A DNA stretch of 64,000 nt. Origin: Macrostomum hystrix. Taxonomy: Eukaryota; Animalia; Platyhelminthes. Made by a program: the position numbers and the translations under genes. Under the pieces are notes generated by a model. It saw only the letters and a list, made by a program, of their open reading frames with translations, did no database searches and was not told where the DNA came from. The stretch is taken from the NCBI GenBank assembly GCA_950097015.1, contig CATNEN010000034.1, forward strand, positions 3,782,001 through 3,846,000. The letters are read 5' to 3'. This document shows positions 42,346 to 53,170 of this stretch, piece after piece. Each line of letters starts with the position of its first letter. Position 1 is the stretch's first letter.

Positions 42346-42595
42346 ACATGACGTGGCCTTATTCAAAGCTTGTATAAGTACTTCATAATTCTAATGACCA
42401 GTAGCTTACGTTTTACGTCTGCTCAATAACCCGGCCCGAAAAGCAGTTAGCTTCAAGCTTAAAAAACTATACGATGGGCTACATCGGGCACAAGCTAACT
42501 TTAGGAAACCGAAAATAAAAGCTTGGCTGCTGAGTCTCCCACACAAGCTAAGTAAATGATATGCATAACTGCTCACTTGAGCACACACACTGGCT

Positions 42596-43579
42596 TCATC
42601 CAAGAAGACCCTCCGGCGGAATCGGAGGCGCTGTTTGAGAATTGCGCTCCACTAACCAGCCAGTGTTCGGACCCAACGGTAAGCAGCAGAAACAGCGAGC
42701 TGTGCTCATCAGCCTCTGTCCGTACATGCTCAGTCGGGTGTTCTCGGGGACTGTCCGATTCCACAGCAGCACCAGCGGCGATCCGGAGCTGCCCAGCCGA
42801 CAGCGCCAAGGGCGCCTAGCCGCGAAGGCCGGATGGAAGTTTTCCAGCAGGCGCAGACAGGCATCTCTGCTCCATTTAGCGTCGCTCTCCAGGCAGAACA
42901 GCATGTACTTGACATTGCAGCCGGTGCGGCTTAGTCTGCGAAGTATGAGCGAGTCCCTCAGCTTCAGGCCGCACTTGGTCTTGTTAACAATGGCCTTCAG
43001 TGTTGCCAGGTTGCCGAGCAGCTTGGCCAGCAATTCCAACTGAAACACTACGCAGAAGCAGTAGCGCGATTTCTGATTGTAAAAGAGAGCCGCCTCTTGA
43101 CGGCACTGCAGCCCGATGCCATCGGACGGGGTAGCCGGCTTCAGCTCCAGCAGCAGCCTGTCATTCCACATCATTAGCTGGCAATCCGTGTCTAGGCTGC
43201 TAGTCTGATGTTTGACACTGCCGCGTGTGGTGCAGAAAGTCGTTGCGCCCTGCTGGCGCAGTGGATGCGGATGCAGCGGCTGCGGCGCCGAATCATTTTC
43301 CTCCGATAACCTTATCGATTGTTCAGTCTGCTCCTGCTCCAGCTGTAGCAAAAAAGTCTGCTTTTGGCGGGTGGGTCTCTCAAATTCTGACAATCTGTTG
43401 CTTTGATTGCTGGCTGTCCTGACACTCTCTGAATCGGAGAGGGTGCACGAGACGATTATGTCAGCATCGCATTCAGAATCTGTCGGGGCAGCGGCTGCCC
43501 TCTGTCTGGCCTTATTTATTCGGCGAAGTAGTACGGCCGCACTACAACCGAGGTCGATGTCGATTGGCTCATTGTCCAT
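42596..43579 (-). CDS. Orphan ORF (~327 aa), acidic low-complexity N-terminus and Cys/Leu-rich globular C-half; function unknown
   Basis: Stop-free ~1-kb GC-rich frame, first ATG at 43579 (MDNEPIDID); no family recognised. Confidence 0.5.
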   Translation of the reverse strand: MDNEPIDIDLGCSAAVLLRRINKARQRAAAAPTDSECDADIIVSCTLSDSESVRTASNQSNRLSEFERPTRQKQTFLLQLEQEQTEQSIRLSEENDSAPQPLHPHPLRQQGATTFCTTRGSVKHQTSSLDTDCQLMMWNDRLLLELKPATPSDGIGLQCRQEAALFYNQKSRYCFCVVFQLELLAKLLGNLATLKAIVNKTKCGLKLRDSLILRRLSRTGCNVKYMLFCLESDAKWSRDACLRLLENFHPAFAARRPWRCRLGSSGSPLVLLWNRTVPENTRLSMYGQRLMSTARCFCCLPLGPNTGWLVERNSQTAPPIPPEGLLG

Positions 43580-43622
43580 TGTGTGCGACTCTTTGCTTAT
43601 CTCTGAGTTCTCCACATTGGAA

Positions 43623-43727
43623 GGTTATTCGTAAGTGAGACTTTAGGATAATAGTCCGGCTCATGAGTGCGCGCAGCGCACGAGTGAGCATAGGACTATT
43701 ATCCTAAAGTCTCACTTACGAATAACC
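43623..43727. repeat. 105-bp palindrome: perfect 35-bp arms around a 35-nt self-folding spacer
   Basis: GGTTATTCGTAAGTGAGACTTTAGGATAATAGTCC (43623-43657) is the exact reverse complement of 43693-43727. The spacer has GCTCA/TGAGC and GTGCGC/GCGCAC stems. Confidence 0.97.
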
Positions 43728-43935
43728 GCATTGTCGAATTTCAGTGGGGCCATAGACAAAAAGGGCATCGAAAGGAGAGAGGGGTTACCGAGGAGAGACA
43801 GACAAAAAGACTGACGTGGTTTACTGGAGTTTGGGCCATAGACAACGAAGTTGCAAACAGGCCGGGGCTTAAGAGGGTGGAAAGGAAGAGAGAGAAAGGA
43901 GAGAATAAAACGTAAATAGCTACAATCGCTTGACT

Positions 43936-45480
43936 ATGGAGAACCGGACGTCATATCCGATTAACTGGGGCAATCTGCCTGTCGAAAGTTTAGCCAACGT
44001 ATCTAGTAGCGAACTCAATTGGATCTCAAGACTTTCCACATCTCAGAAGGACATGAAGGATAACGAAGACTTCTTGAACTTCTTGCACTTTATTGAGAGC
44101 GGTGATACTGATACCGATCAATCTGATGATTTGCCTCTGCTACCGGCCGAGGATGATGCTGCAGCTGAAGAGGATGGAGAGAATGAAACTGAGCCGAAAC
44201 TAGTTCCTTTGGATATGCAAGAGGCAATGACGAAAGATGAAATAGTGAGCCTACCAACCAAGACGCGTGAGCAGATGATTGCTCATGGTAACAGTTTTGT
44301 GCAGTTCCTTCGGGAACATGGAGCTGCTGTTCATGAATTGAGTCGTGTTGAGATGTGTGAGTTTCTTAGGTATTACTACTACCAATTACGTCGCCATGAT
44401 GGCGGTCCATACTCGCCTGCAAGTCTTGTGTGCATCCGCGCCGGGATACAGCGCTTTCTGACTATGGTGGCTGGATTAACGATCAACATTATCGATGGTG
44501 AGGAATTCGTCCTAGCGAATAGAATGCTCCGAATGAAAGTCAGGGAATGGCACAACTCCGGCGGTCAGGTTCGATCATATCCGCCAATCGAGGAGGGTGA
44601 TATGGAGAAGCTACGGACGTATTTCGACAGATCAAGTGCAGAGACCACTCAGGATGAGTTTCTATTTCGCGTTATGTACGGCCTAGGAGAACGAGGAAGG
44701 GAACATCTGGAGTCGATTGAATCCAAGAAGTGGTTGGTGAAGCGCGAAGACTCGGATGGAAGACCGTACTACGCATTGCCTGTACTGAATTCCAAAAACA
44801 AGTCTGCCGATCCCAATCGAGCCAAGCGTGACATCGACGTAAAGCAGGCGAGAATCTACGATGTTGGAATTGTGGACGACTACATGGCTATATTACCAAC
44901 GGAGACGAAGAACGACTCACTGTTTCCCAGGCCACTGAAGAATGCAGGAGGCACCAGACGATTTTGCTCGAAGCAGAAACGAGGAATAAATTACCTGAGG
45001 ACTTTCATGAAAGCGCTGAGCAAAAAAGCGAAGCTGTCTAAGGAATACACCAATCACAGCATTCGGTGAGTCAGTTGGTCGGGGAAGTGCATGTGATGTT
45101 TTCAACTTGTGTCTGATTGAGTCTAATTTACAGTTCAATCGCTCAATTGTTCTAGAGTTACCAGAGTGTGTGACCTGGAATCGGCTGGGCATTCGATGAG
45201 CGAGATCATGGCTATCACGGGTCAAAAGTCCGAGAGCACGGTCCGGCGCTACCTGGCAGTTAAACGGGACAAGTCCCTGCAAAAATGCAGCGATGCAGTG
45301 TCGCGTGCGTTGAACATGGGACAAAGCGCCGCGATCCACGGTCAAGTAACAATGCCTGCTGACATCAGCATCCAGAGCTCCATCGTGCAAGAAGCAGTGA
45401 GCGTGTCTGATGGTCGTCAGATGAACGGTCGGAGTATCTTTATTATGAACAACTGCACTTTCAACAATTGCAATCTGTAA
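43936..45480 (+). CDS. Tyrosine recombinase, Crypton/DUF3504 type; exons 43936-45065 and 45156-45480
   Basis: YSPASLVCIRAGIQRFL, GLGERGREHL (R), YTNHSIR (HxxR; split by a GT-AG phase-2 intron), ITGQKSESTVRRY (Y), and C-terminal MNNCTFNNCNL, all typical of animal Crypton/KCTD1-ZMYM-type YR domains. Confidence 0.85.
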
Positions 45481-45776
45481 TGGTCTTGGGCACTATATTG
45501 ACAATTGCGCCATATTGATACTGCACTATTAACTTTCCATAGCGCTCTTTTGTTGTTGGTGTTTGCTGTTTTGTTCTAAAAATAGGCATCCATTATCCCG
45601 AGTTCGAAATCATTATCCTGAAGTTTAAGTGAAGAAATAAATGGAATGTGCTCATGCTTTAACCATAGACGATTACATTATCCTAAAGACTGATTTTTGA
45701 CAATGATTTCTTTTCTTTATTTTCAGTCTGACGATTAGCCAAAGTCGATCTATCGAACAAAAGCAATGAATAATCT

Positions 45777-46163
45777 ATGGCTCAGAGACCCTCTTTCCCC
45801 TCGATCTACGTCCCGCAGCGGCCTAGCTTTGAGAATGGCAGCAGCAAGGCTTGTTTAGCCCCAGCAAATCCGCAATCAATCATCATCATGTCCTACCTGC
45901 CCTGGCCTCCGGAATCCTCAGCTGCTCTCGTGGCGGCTAGCAGGCAGGCCTATCAGCGTTGGCGCGCCCAGATCTTGTTAAATTGCGCCAATGCGCCCGC
46001 GCAGTCGTTCGCTGCCAACTGCTCCGGCTTCAGTGTCAATTTCAATCCGGAACCGCTCGAGTCCGCCATTCTCCAACGACAGGCGGTGAAGCGACCATCC
46101 GAGGAGGCGTCAACAGACACCGAGAATGCCTGCCCGATTGCTAAGAGAATCATCCTAGAATGA
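45777..46163 (+). CDS. Small orphan ORF (128 aa) with C-terminal bipartite-NLS-like motif
   Basis: Strong TTTCTTTTCTTTATTTTCAG acceptor ending at 45726; GC-rich ORF ending KRPSEE...AKRIILE; no family recognised. Confidence 0.4.
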   Translation: MAQRPSFPSIYVPQRPSFENGSSKACLAPANPQSIIIMSYLPWPPESSAALVAASRQAYQRWRAQILLNCANAPAQSFAANCSGFSVNFNPEPLESAILQRQAVKRPSEEASTDTENACPIAKRIILE

Positions 46164-46188
46164 CACAGGTTAAATCTAATCGGCTCTA

Positions 46189-46471
46189 GGCAACTCCTAC
46201 CTAGTTTGTGGCGTTAAATTATTTTAATTTGAATTGGCGCCAAATCTGTTCTTGCACAGTTCCAGTCTCTGTCTATATTTGCATGATTGCATCTTATATA
46301 GATCTTATATATAGTTAAATACTTGAAGAAAGCTTCAATTAAAAATATATAGCCATGCATAATATTTCTGTCCTAAACTCGTTTAAGGAGTAAAAAACTT
46401 ATACTGTACCAGAACAGATTTGGCGCCAATTCAAATTAAAATCATTTACCGCCACAAACTAGGAGTTTGCT
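46189..46471. mobile_element. Mutator-like MITE (283 bp)
   Basis: About 70-bp imperfect TIRs (CTAGTTTGTGGCG...GAATTGGCGCCAAATCTGTTCT) and 9-bp TSD TCGGCTCTA (46180-46188, 46472-46480). Confidence 0.78.
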
Positions 46472-47261
46472 TCGGCTCTACTGTGAACGCCGCGAAAAGC
46501 ACCTGGCTTTTATGGCCAAGGAACTGGATCGAGCAATCGATCGTTTCTAGTAATTGGACTCCTTGGTATGGCTGAACTAAATATTTTTTTATTCGCGCGA
46601 AAAACGTCTCAGTCACGGCTCCAAATTCAGAGGTTCTGGTGTACTAAACCGATATCTCAAACCTGAATAGCCGGACTTAAAAGTGCTTTTTCGTGCGAAT
46701 TCAAAATTACTTACAGTTGTGCCGTTGAACTTCTTAGAAAAAAGTATTGTATTTGTCAATCAGTCGTCAGACATACGTATTAGTTGTCAGTTTTGCTGTT
46801 TATAAATATTATGTTTAGGCAGGCGCTAATATACGGTTCCTGCACACATCTTACCGTCACAAGACAGATGAGAGACAATGTCCGAGAACAAAGATCCTGT
46901 GAAGCCCAACGTTACCTTTTAGAGCAATAAAAAGAACAAGCCGCGGTAGTCATTTGCACTACTGCCAATAGGAAAGTAATATATAGTGCTTCAAGCACAT
47001 TTTTTACTTTTCCACAACTTTCGAATTTCGAAAATGCAACGCATTATTGTGTTAATTTCATGAGCCTTTGCATTCAATATAGATTTTTAATTCCAAATGC
47101 CTTTTAATTATTTACATTCTTGTTAAGCACAACGTAAATATATAATTTTTCCTTTTATTATGTCTAAACAGCCTAGCTACAAAAAAATAATGTTTTTTCT
47201 GTTCTCAGTCTTCATAACCTTTATTTAGAAAATTCTGCTTTGTTTCTCTACTTTTTCATCG

Positions 47262-49335
47262 ATTGTCATCTCTAAGATCCTCAATTATCATCTCTAGATC
47301 ATCAATTATCATCTCTATATCCTCAATTATCATCTCTAGTTCATCAATTATCATCTCAGGATCCTCAATTATCATCTCAAGATCCTCAATTATCATCTCT
47401 AGATCATCAATTATCATCTCCCAGATCCTCAATTATCATCTCAGGATCCTCAATTATCATCTCAAGATCCTCAATTATCATCTCTATATCCTCAATTATC
47501 ATCTCTAGATCATCAATTATCATCTCTATATCCTCAATTATCATCTCTATATCCTCAATTATCATCTCTAGTTCATCAATTATCATCTCAGGATCCTCAA
47601 TTATCATCTCAAGATCCTCAATTATCATCTCTAGATCATCAATTATCATCTCCCAGATCCTCAATTATCATCTCAGGATCCTCAATTATCATCTCAAGAT
47701 CCTCAATTATCATCTCTAGATCATCAATTATCATCTCAAGATCCTCAATTATCATCTCTAGTTCATCAATTATCATCTCAGGATCCTCAATTATCATCTC
47801 AAGATCCTCAATTATCATCTCTAGATCATCAATTATCATCTCCCAGATCCTCAATTATCATCTTTTAGATCCTCAATTATCATCTCTAGATCATCAATTA
47901 TCATATCAAGATCCTCAATTATCATCTCAGGATCCTCAATTATCATCTCTAGATCATCAATTATCATCTTAAGATCCTCAATTATCATCTCTAGATCATC
48001 AATTATCATCTCTAGATCATCAATTATCATCTCAAGATCCTCAATTATCGTCTCAGGATCCTCAATTATCATATCAATATCCTCAATTATCATCTCCCAG
48101 ATCCTCAATTATCATCTCAAGATCCTCAATTATCATCTCAAGATCCTCAATTATCATCTCCCAGATCATCAATTATCATCTCAAGATCCTCAATTATCAT
48201 CTCAGGATCCTCAATTATCATCTCTAGATCATCAATTATCATCTTAAGATCCTCAATTATCATCTCTAGATCATCAATTATCATCTCTAGATCATCAATT
48301 ATCATCTCAAGATCCTCAATTATCGTCTCAGGATCCTCAATTATCATATCAATATCCTCAATTATCATCTCCCAGATCCTCAATTATCATCTCAAGATCC
48401 TCAATTATCATCTCAAGATCCTCAATTATCATCTCCCAGATCCTCAATTATCATCTCCCAGATCCTCAATTATCATCTCAAGATCCTCAATTATCATCTC
48501 AAGATCCTCAATTATCATCTCCCAGATCATCAATTATCATCTCAAGATCATCAATTATCATCTCAAGATCCTCAATTATCATCTCAAGATTCTCAATTAT
48601 CATCTCAAGATCCTCAATTATCATCTCAAGATCCTCAATTATCATCTCAAGATCCTCAATTATCAACTCAAGATCCTCAATTATCATCTCTAGATCATCA
48701 ATTATCATCTCTAGATCATCAATTATCATCTCAAGATCCTCAATTATCGTCTCAGGATCCTCAATTATCATATCAATATCCTCAATTATCATCTCCCAGA
48801 TCCTCAATTATCATCTCAAGATCCTCAATTATCATCTCAAGATCCTCAATTATCATCTCCCAGATCCTCAATTATCATCTCCCAGATCCTCAATTATCAT
48901 CTCAAGATCCTCAATTATCATCTCAAGATCCTCAATTATCATCTCCCAGATCATCAATTATCATCTCAAGATCATCAATTATCATCTCAAGATCCTCAAT
49001 TATCATCTCAAGATTCTCAATTATCATCTCAAGATCCTCAATTATCATCTCAAGATCCTCAATTATCATCTCAAGATCCTCAATTATCAACTCAAGATCC
49101 TCAATTATCATCTCAGGATCCTTAATTATCATCTCAAGATCCTCAATTATCATCTCAAGATCCTCAATTATCATCTCAAGATCCTCAATTATCATCTCAA
49201 GATCCTCAATTATCATCTCAGGATCCTTAATTATCATCTCAAGATCCTCAATTATCATCTCAAGATTCTCAATTATCATCTCAAGATCCTCAATTATCAT
49301 CTCTCTAATCCCCAATTATCAACTCCGAGATCCTC
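47262..49335. repeat. 21-bp minisatellite (TCAATTATCATCTCAAGATCC)n
   Basis: About 98 copies with duplicated multi-unit blocks. Confidence 0.97.
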
Positions 49336-50390
49336 AGTCACAATGTCCCATATCCTAAATCCTCAGCCGCAATCTTTCAGATCCTGTAGAGGATGCTGAA
49401 TCACAGTGTTTTAGAATGTCAAGTTTGTCATCCAAAATAATCTGTTGAATTAAACATTTTCAAAGTAGCCTAAAGCAAATAGCAAAAAGTTTCGTATTAA
49501 ACGCGTCCTACTGCTACAGGAGTCAGCAAACTTAGCAGATTTTTGTCGATTCTGTCACGATCTGGTTGATAATCTAAAAGCTGTAATTTCGTTGCGAAGC
49601 GGTCGAATTTTCTGCGGTAAGTGAGTGGCGGCCCGTAGTTCGCAATGAAATCCCTCAACAAAACACTCAAAGTAAGTTTTTTGCTTGCGATTAAGAAAAT
49701 AAAAAATTCTGGATGTATTTTTCATTCTTTCCTAAGTTGGAAAGTGGAAGCAGCAGTTGTTGTCCGATTTTAGCAAATCGCAAACTTATGAAGCCAGCTA
49801 GCGGTGTTTTAGCCTAATACTACACTCTGAAAATTCAATGCATAAACCCATGGGAGCGGGATTGGGGACAAATCTTCTTCTAGAAGACATTCGCAACAAT
49901 TCATCAGCGGGCGCCTTCTTAAGTGCAGCCACCGCAGCCACTGGGTGGAGAGCCATGATTTATTGCCCTAACGACAGCGGGTCACCGTCCGCTCACTGCA
50001 TATTTTCATCTCGTGTTTTTTGGGGCAAATTTGTCTACAATTTCTTTCTTTACCGTGCAGTTTCTTCTGCCTTTATCTATCTGACAACACGAGTATAACT
50101 GCTGCTACAGGAGGGGAGACAATTTATAACAGATCTGCTGCTGAAATGCCGCTGCCTTCCGCCACCCCACCACCCGGCCACTTCTTTTTAATCTGGTCTG
50201 ATGGCGGAAGCCGCCGAGCAATATTTCTGCAGCGAAATTTTTTAGCTATCGAAATGGAATTCCATGCAGAAAAATGAGGAGCCAAAGCGGCAAAATCTGC
50301 GAGTGGCAGCAGCAGCAGCAGCAAACTCAGTGTTTCATACTCATACATAAACTACAAGCATTAAAGATTAAAAACAAAATGTTTCAGGAG

Positions 50391-50760
50391 GAGGGTCAGT
50401 CCAAAAGTTTTTAGAATGCAGAGTTTGAAACAGGATAGCAAAACGAAACTCTAAACTTGTTCGAAGTAACTCCATCCAGCAACGATGAACTTCTCCATTC
50501 TGCGAAACCACTGCTTAAAGGCTTCGAGTTCCTGTGTTTGGCCGCCTCTGGCACCAAGCGCTGATGATGATGCCTGGTGTACCATGCTACCATTTTCTTT
50601 CCAACACTCCTGGGCCTCTGCAACTTTGTCGGATGGTTATCATCGGAAAAGCACCAGACTGTGGACTGACGCTCTGTCTCTGGGTCATAACTGGTACACC
50701 AAAGTCTCATCACCACAACAATGTCAAAAAAATCTTTCTTGATGCTCCTCCTTCACGAAG
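50391..50760 (-). pseudogene. Internally deleted mariner element with one TIR
   Basis: SYDPETERQSTVWCF..PTKLQRPRSVGKKMVA and C-terminal WFRRMEKFIVAGWSYFEQV*; mariner-like end GAGGGTCAGTCCAAAAGTT at 50391. Confidence 0.8.
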
Positions 50761-51782
50761 AACTAACTTCGTCAGCCTCGTCGATAAATTCGGCAATTAT
50801 TGTCGAAAACCCTGGTGATAAATCTGCATAAATGTTAACGGCGAATCTATATTGGTTTAATAAAATAAAAATTAAAAATATAATCAATAAAATATAATAT
50901 GCAATAATATCTGACATGCAGGTTCCATTATGACTTTTTGTGAGCAGAAAGTTATGCCCATTTTTGTGGTTTTTGCCGCCAGAAACCTCGAGAAAAAAAC
51001 GTTGAATATCTCGACGTTTCCGAAGTTTTGTGATTCTGGAAGTTGTTTCATCGGATAGAGCGGAAAATTTGAGTCCGTGTTCTGGATTTGAATGGCGATT
51101 GGTTGAATATTTTCGGAGATGCAGAGAAAAAAAATTTTCGGTCTTCTTAGGATAGATGCCTGCACTTTCGATGTCACCGCCGCCGCCGCCCCTTGGAAGC
51201 CAGGCCCTGGACTCCTGCCGGGACAGTGGGTCGTAAAGGGCGAACATGGACTCATCTTGCGTGATGAATCTGCGCTGGAATTCGTCTCCCAGAGCTGAAA
51301 TTGCCGCAATTTCTTGTAAGCAGACTTCGTAACGGCGACTTTTCTGCTACTGTTAATGAACTGACTACTGTTCCTTATATGTTAAGATTAAATTCCAGTT
51401 AACTAAAATATCTGCTTGATATCGAGCCAGCCACTGCAGAAGAAAATTGAAGTTCGTACGCTCGTAGAGCGGAGAACAAAAGCAACGACAAAGCCTTACA
51501 AAGCTGGCTAAGCAGAGAGAACCTGGAAACTTGTGTTTTCTGTGTGCAAAAAAACTGGCAATAAAAGGCACCAGCCAATGGGCTTGGCGCTGCCCCAACC
51601 CCACTCCGCGATTTTCAGCGGAATTTCTTTTCCTAAATAATAAAAGGAATTTAAGCCACGAATAAGCACCAGAAACAGAGACGTGCCCTCTTCGAGGACT
51701 GGAAAGCTATCGTGAAAAAGCATTGTCTAGTTCTTTCTAGCTCAATCAGCAAACACCCGCTTATAAAAGTAGCAGCGAAAAA

Positions 51783-53089
51783 ATGCGGCGCACTCTCATG
51801 CTGGACGACATTTGCCGTCGCCTACAGATGTCGCACGGATCGACGCCCGATTTGGCGGCGGCGGCCGCTCCGGCTGCGGTCAGTGCCAGTGCCAACTTCG
51901 ATACGCCAGCGAAGAGGCAGCGGCGAGACGACACGATGGAAGACAATGCCGAGCATTCGGTTAGCAGTCCGATGGACGAAGAAGCTCTGTCGGACCAGCC
52001 GCTCGATCTATGCGTTCGGCGGCAACCGACGGAATCTCCGGGTTGCTATGGCAACAGCGGCGCCGGAAGCAGTAGCGGAAGCAGCAAAAGCGGCTGCAAC
52101 GGTTAGCGGTGCTGATCTGTGTTTAGATTTTCTACTATAATTTTTTTAACTTAAATCTTAAATCGAAGATTCACTAAAAAGCCAATTCTCAAATCGACGA
52201 TCCTCAAACGACGATTCTCAAATCGACGATCCTCAAACGACGATTCTCAAATCGATGATTCTCAAATCGACGATTCTCAAATCGACGATTCTCAGATCGA
52301 CGATTCTCAAATCGACGATTCTCAAATCAACGATTCTCAAATCGACGATTCTCAAATCGATGATTCTCAAATCGACGATTCTCAAATCGACGATTCTCAG
52401 ATCGACGATTCTCAAATCGACGATTCTCAAATCAACGATTCTCAAATCGACGATTCTTAAATCGACGATTCTTCAATCGACGATTCTCAATAATCCCATG
52501 GAAGACTTTCAGGCAATTCAAAAATATGCTGGCATTTTCGAGAATTCACTCAAAGCTCAAGATCATTGGAAGGGAAGGAAGGCAAAAACTTTCAAGCAAT
52601 CTACTAAACTGCAAAGAAATCATTAGAGTCATGTGGCAACGAGTTTCAGTGGGCGCTTGACTGTCACAAAAAAGACTAATTTTTATGCTGGTACACAAGC
52701 TATCTCTCTTGCTCTCTCTGCCTTCCGATATTTTCTTTCCTGGAAAGCCTTTCTTTAGGTTTTTCATTTTTTGTTATTTTCTATATCAAATATATGAATG
52801 GGTATTTAATTTCGAAAACAATTGCAGCACAATGCATAGAGATACGACCAGCATAGGCTAACTGGCAGTCCCACATATACAATAGGCAACATTTGGCAGA
52901 TAGGCAATTTTAGGCAAAACTTTTGTCCCATTAGAAAGCAGAATAAATTTTCTATATTATAAATGAAGCTTGTATGTCAACCTGTTTTAGCAAATAAACT
53001 GTGATCGAGGGAATTTTAAGAAAAACAATGATTGTCATCTGCTAGACTCGAAAAGTTTTTATGTAATCGTAGTAGTAGTAATAGTAGTG

Positions 53090-53170
<81 letters not shown>

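Larger units (their letters stand above)
43623..45690 (+). mobile_element. Crypton-type tyrosine-recombinase DNA transposon (minimal extent; ends uncertain)
   Basis: Recombinase gene with one intron and no RT or TIR-transposase. A palindrome lies at the left, and the core ATTATCCTAAAG recurs at 45677-45688. Confidence 0.6.

Noticed and set aside
47263-49315. MIIEDLE-repeat ORFs
   Set aside because: Translations of the 21-bp minisatellite.
49518-49560. Fifth copy of the structured repeat (CAGGAGTCAGC)
   Set aside because: Only an 11-nt match; the other blocks are absent.
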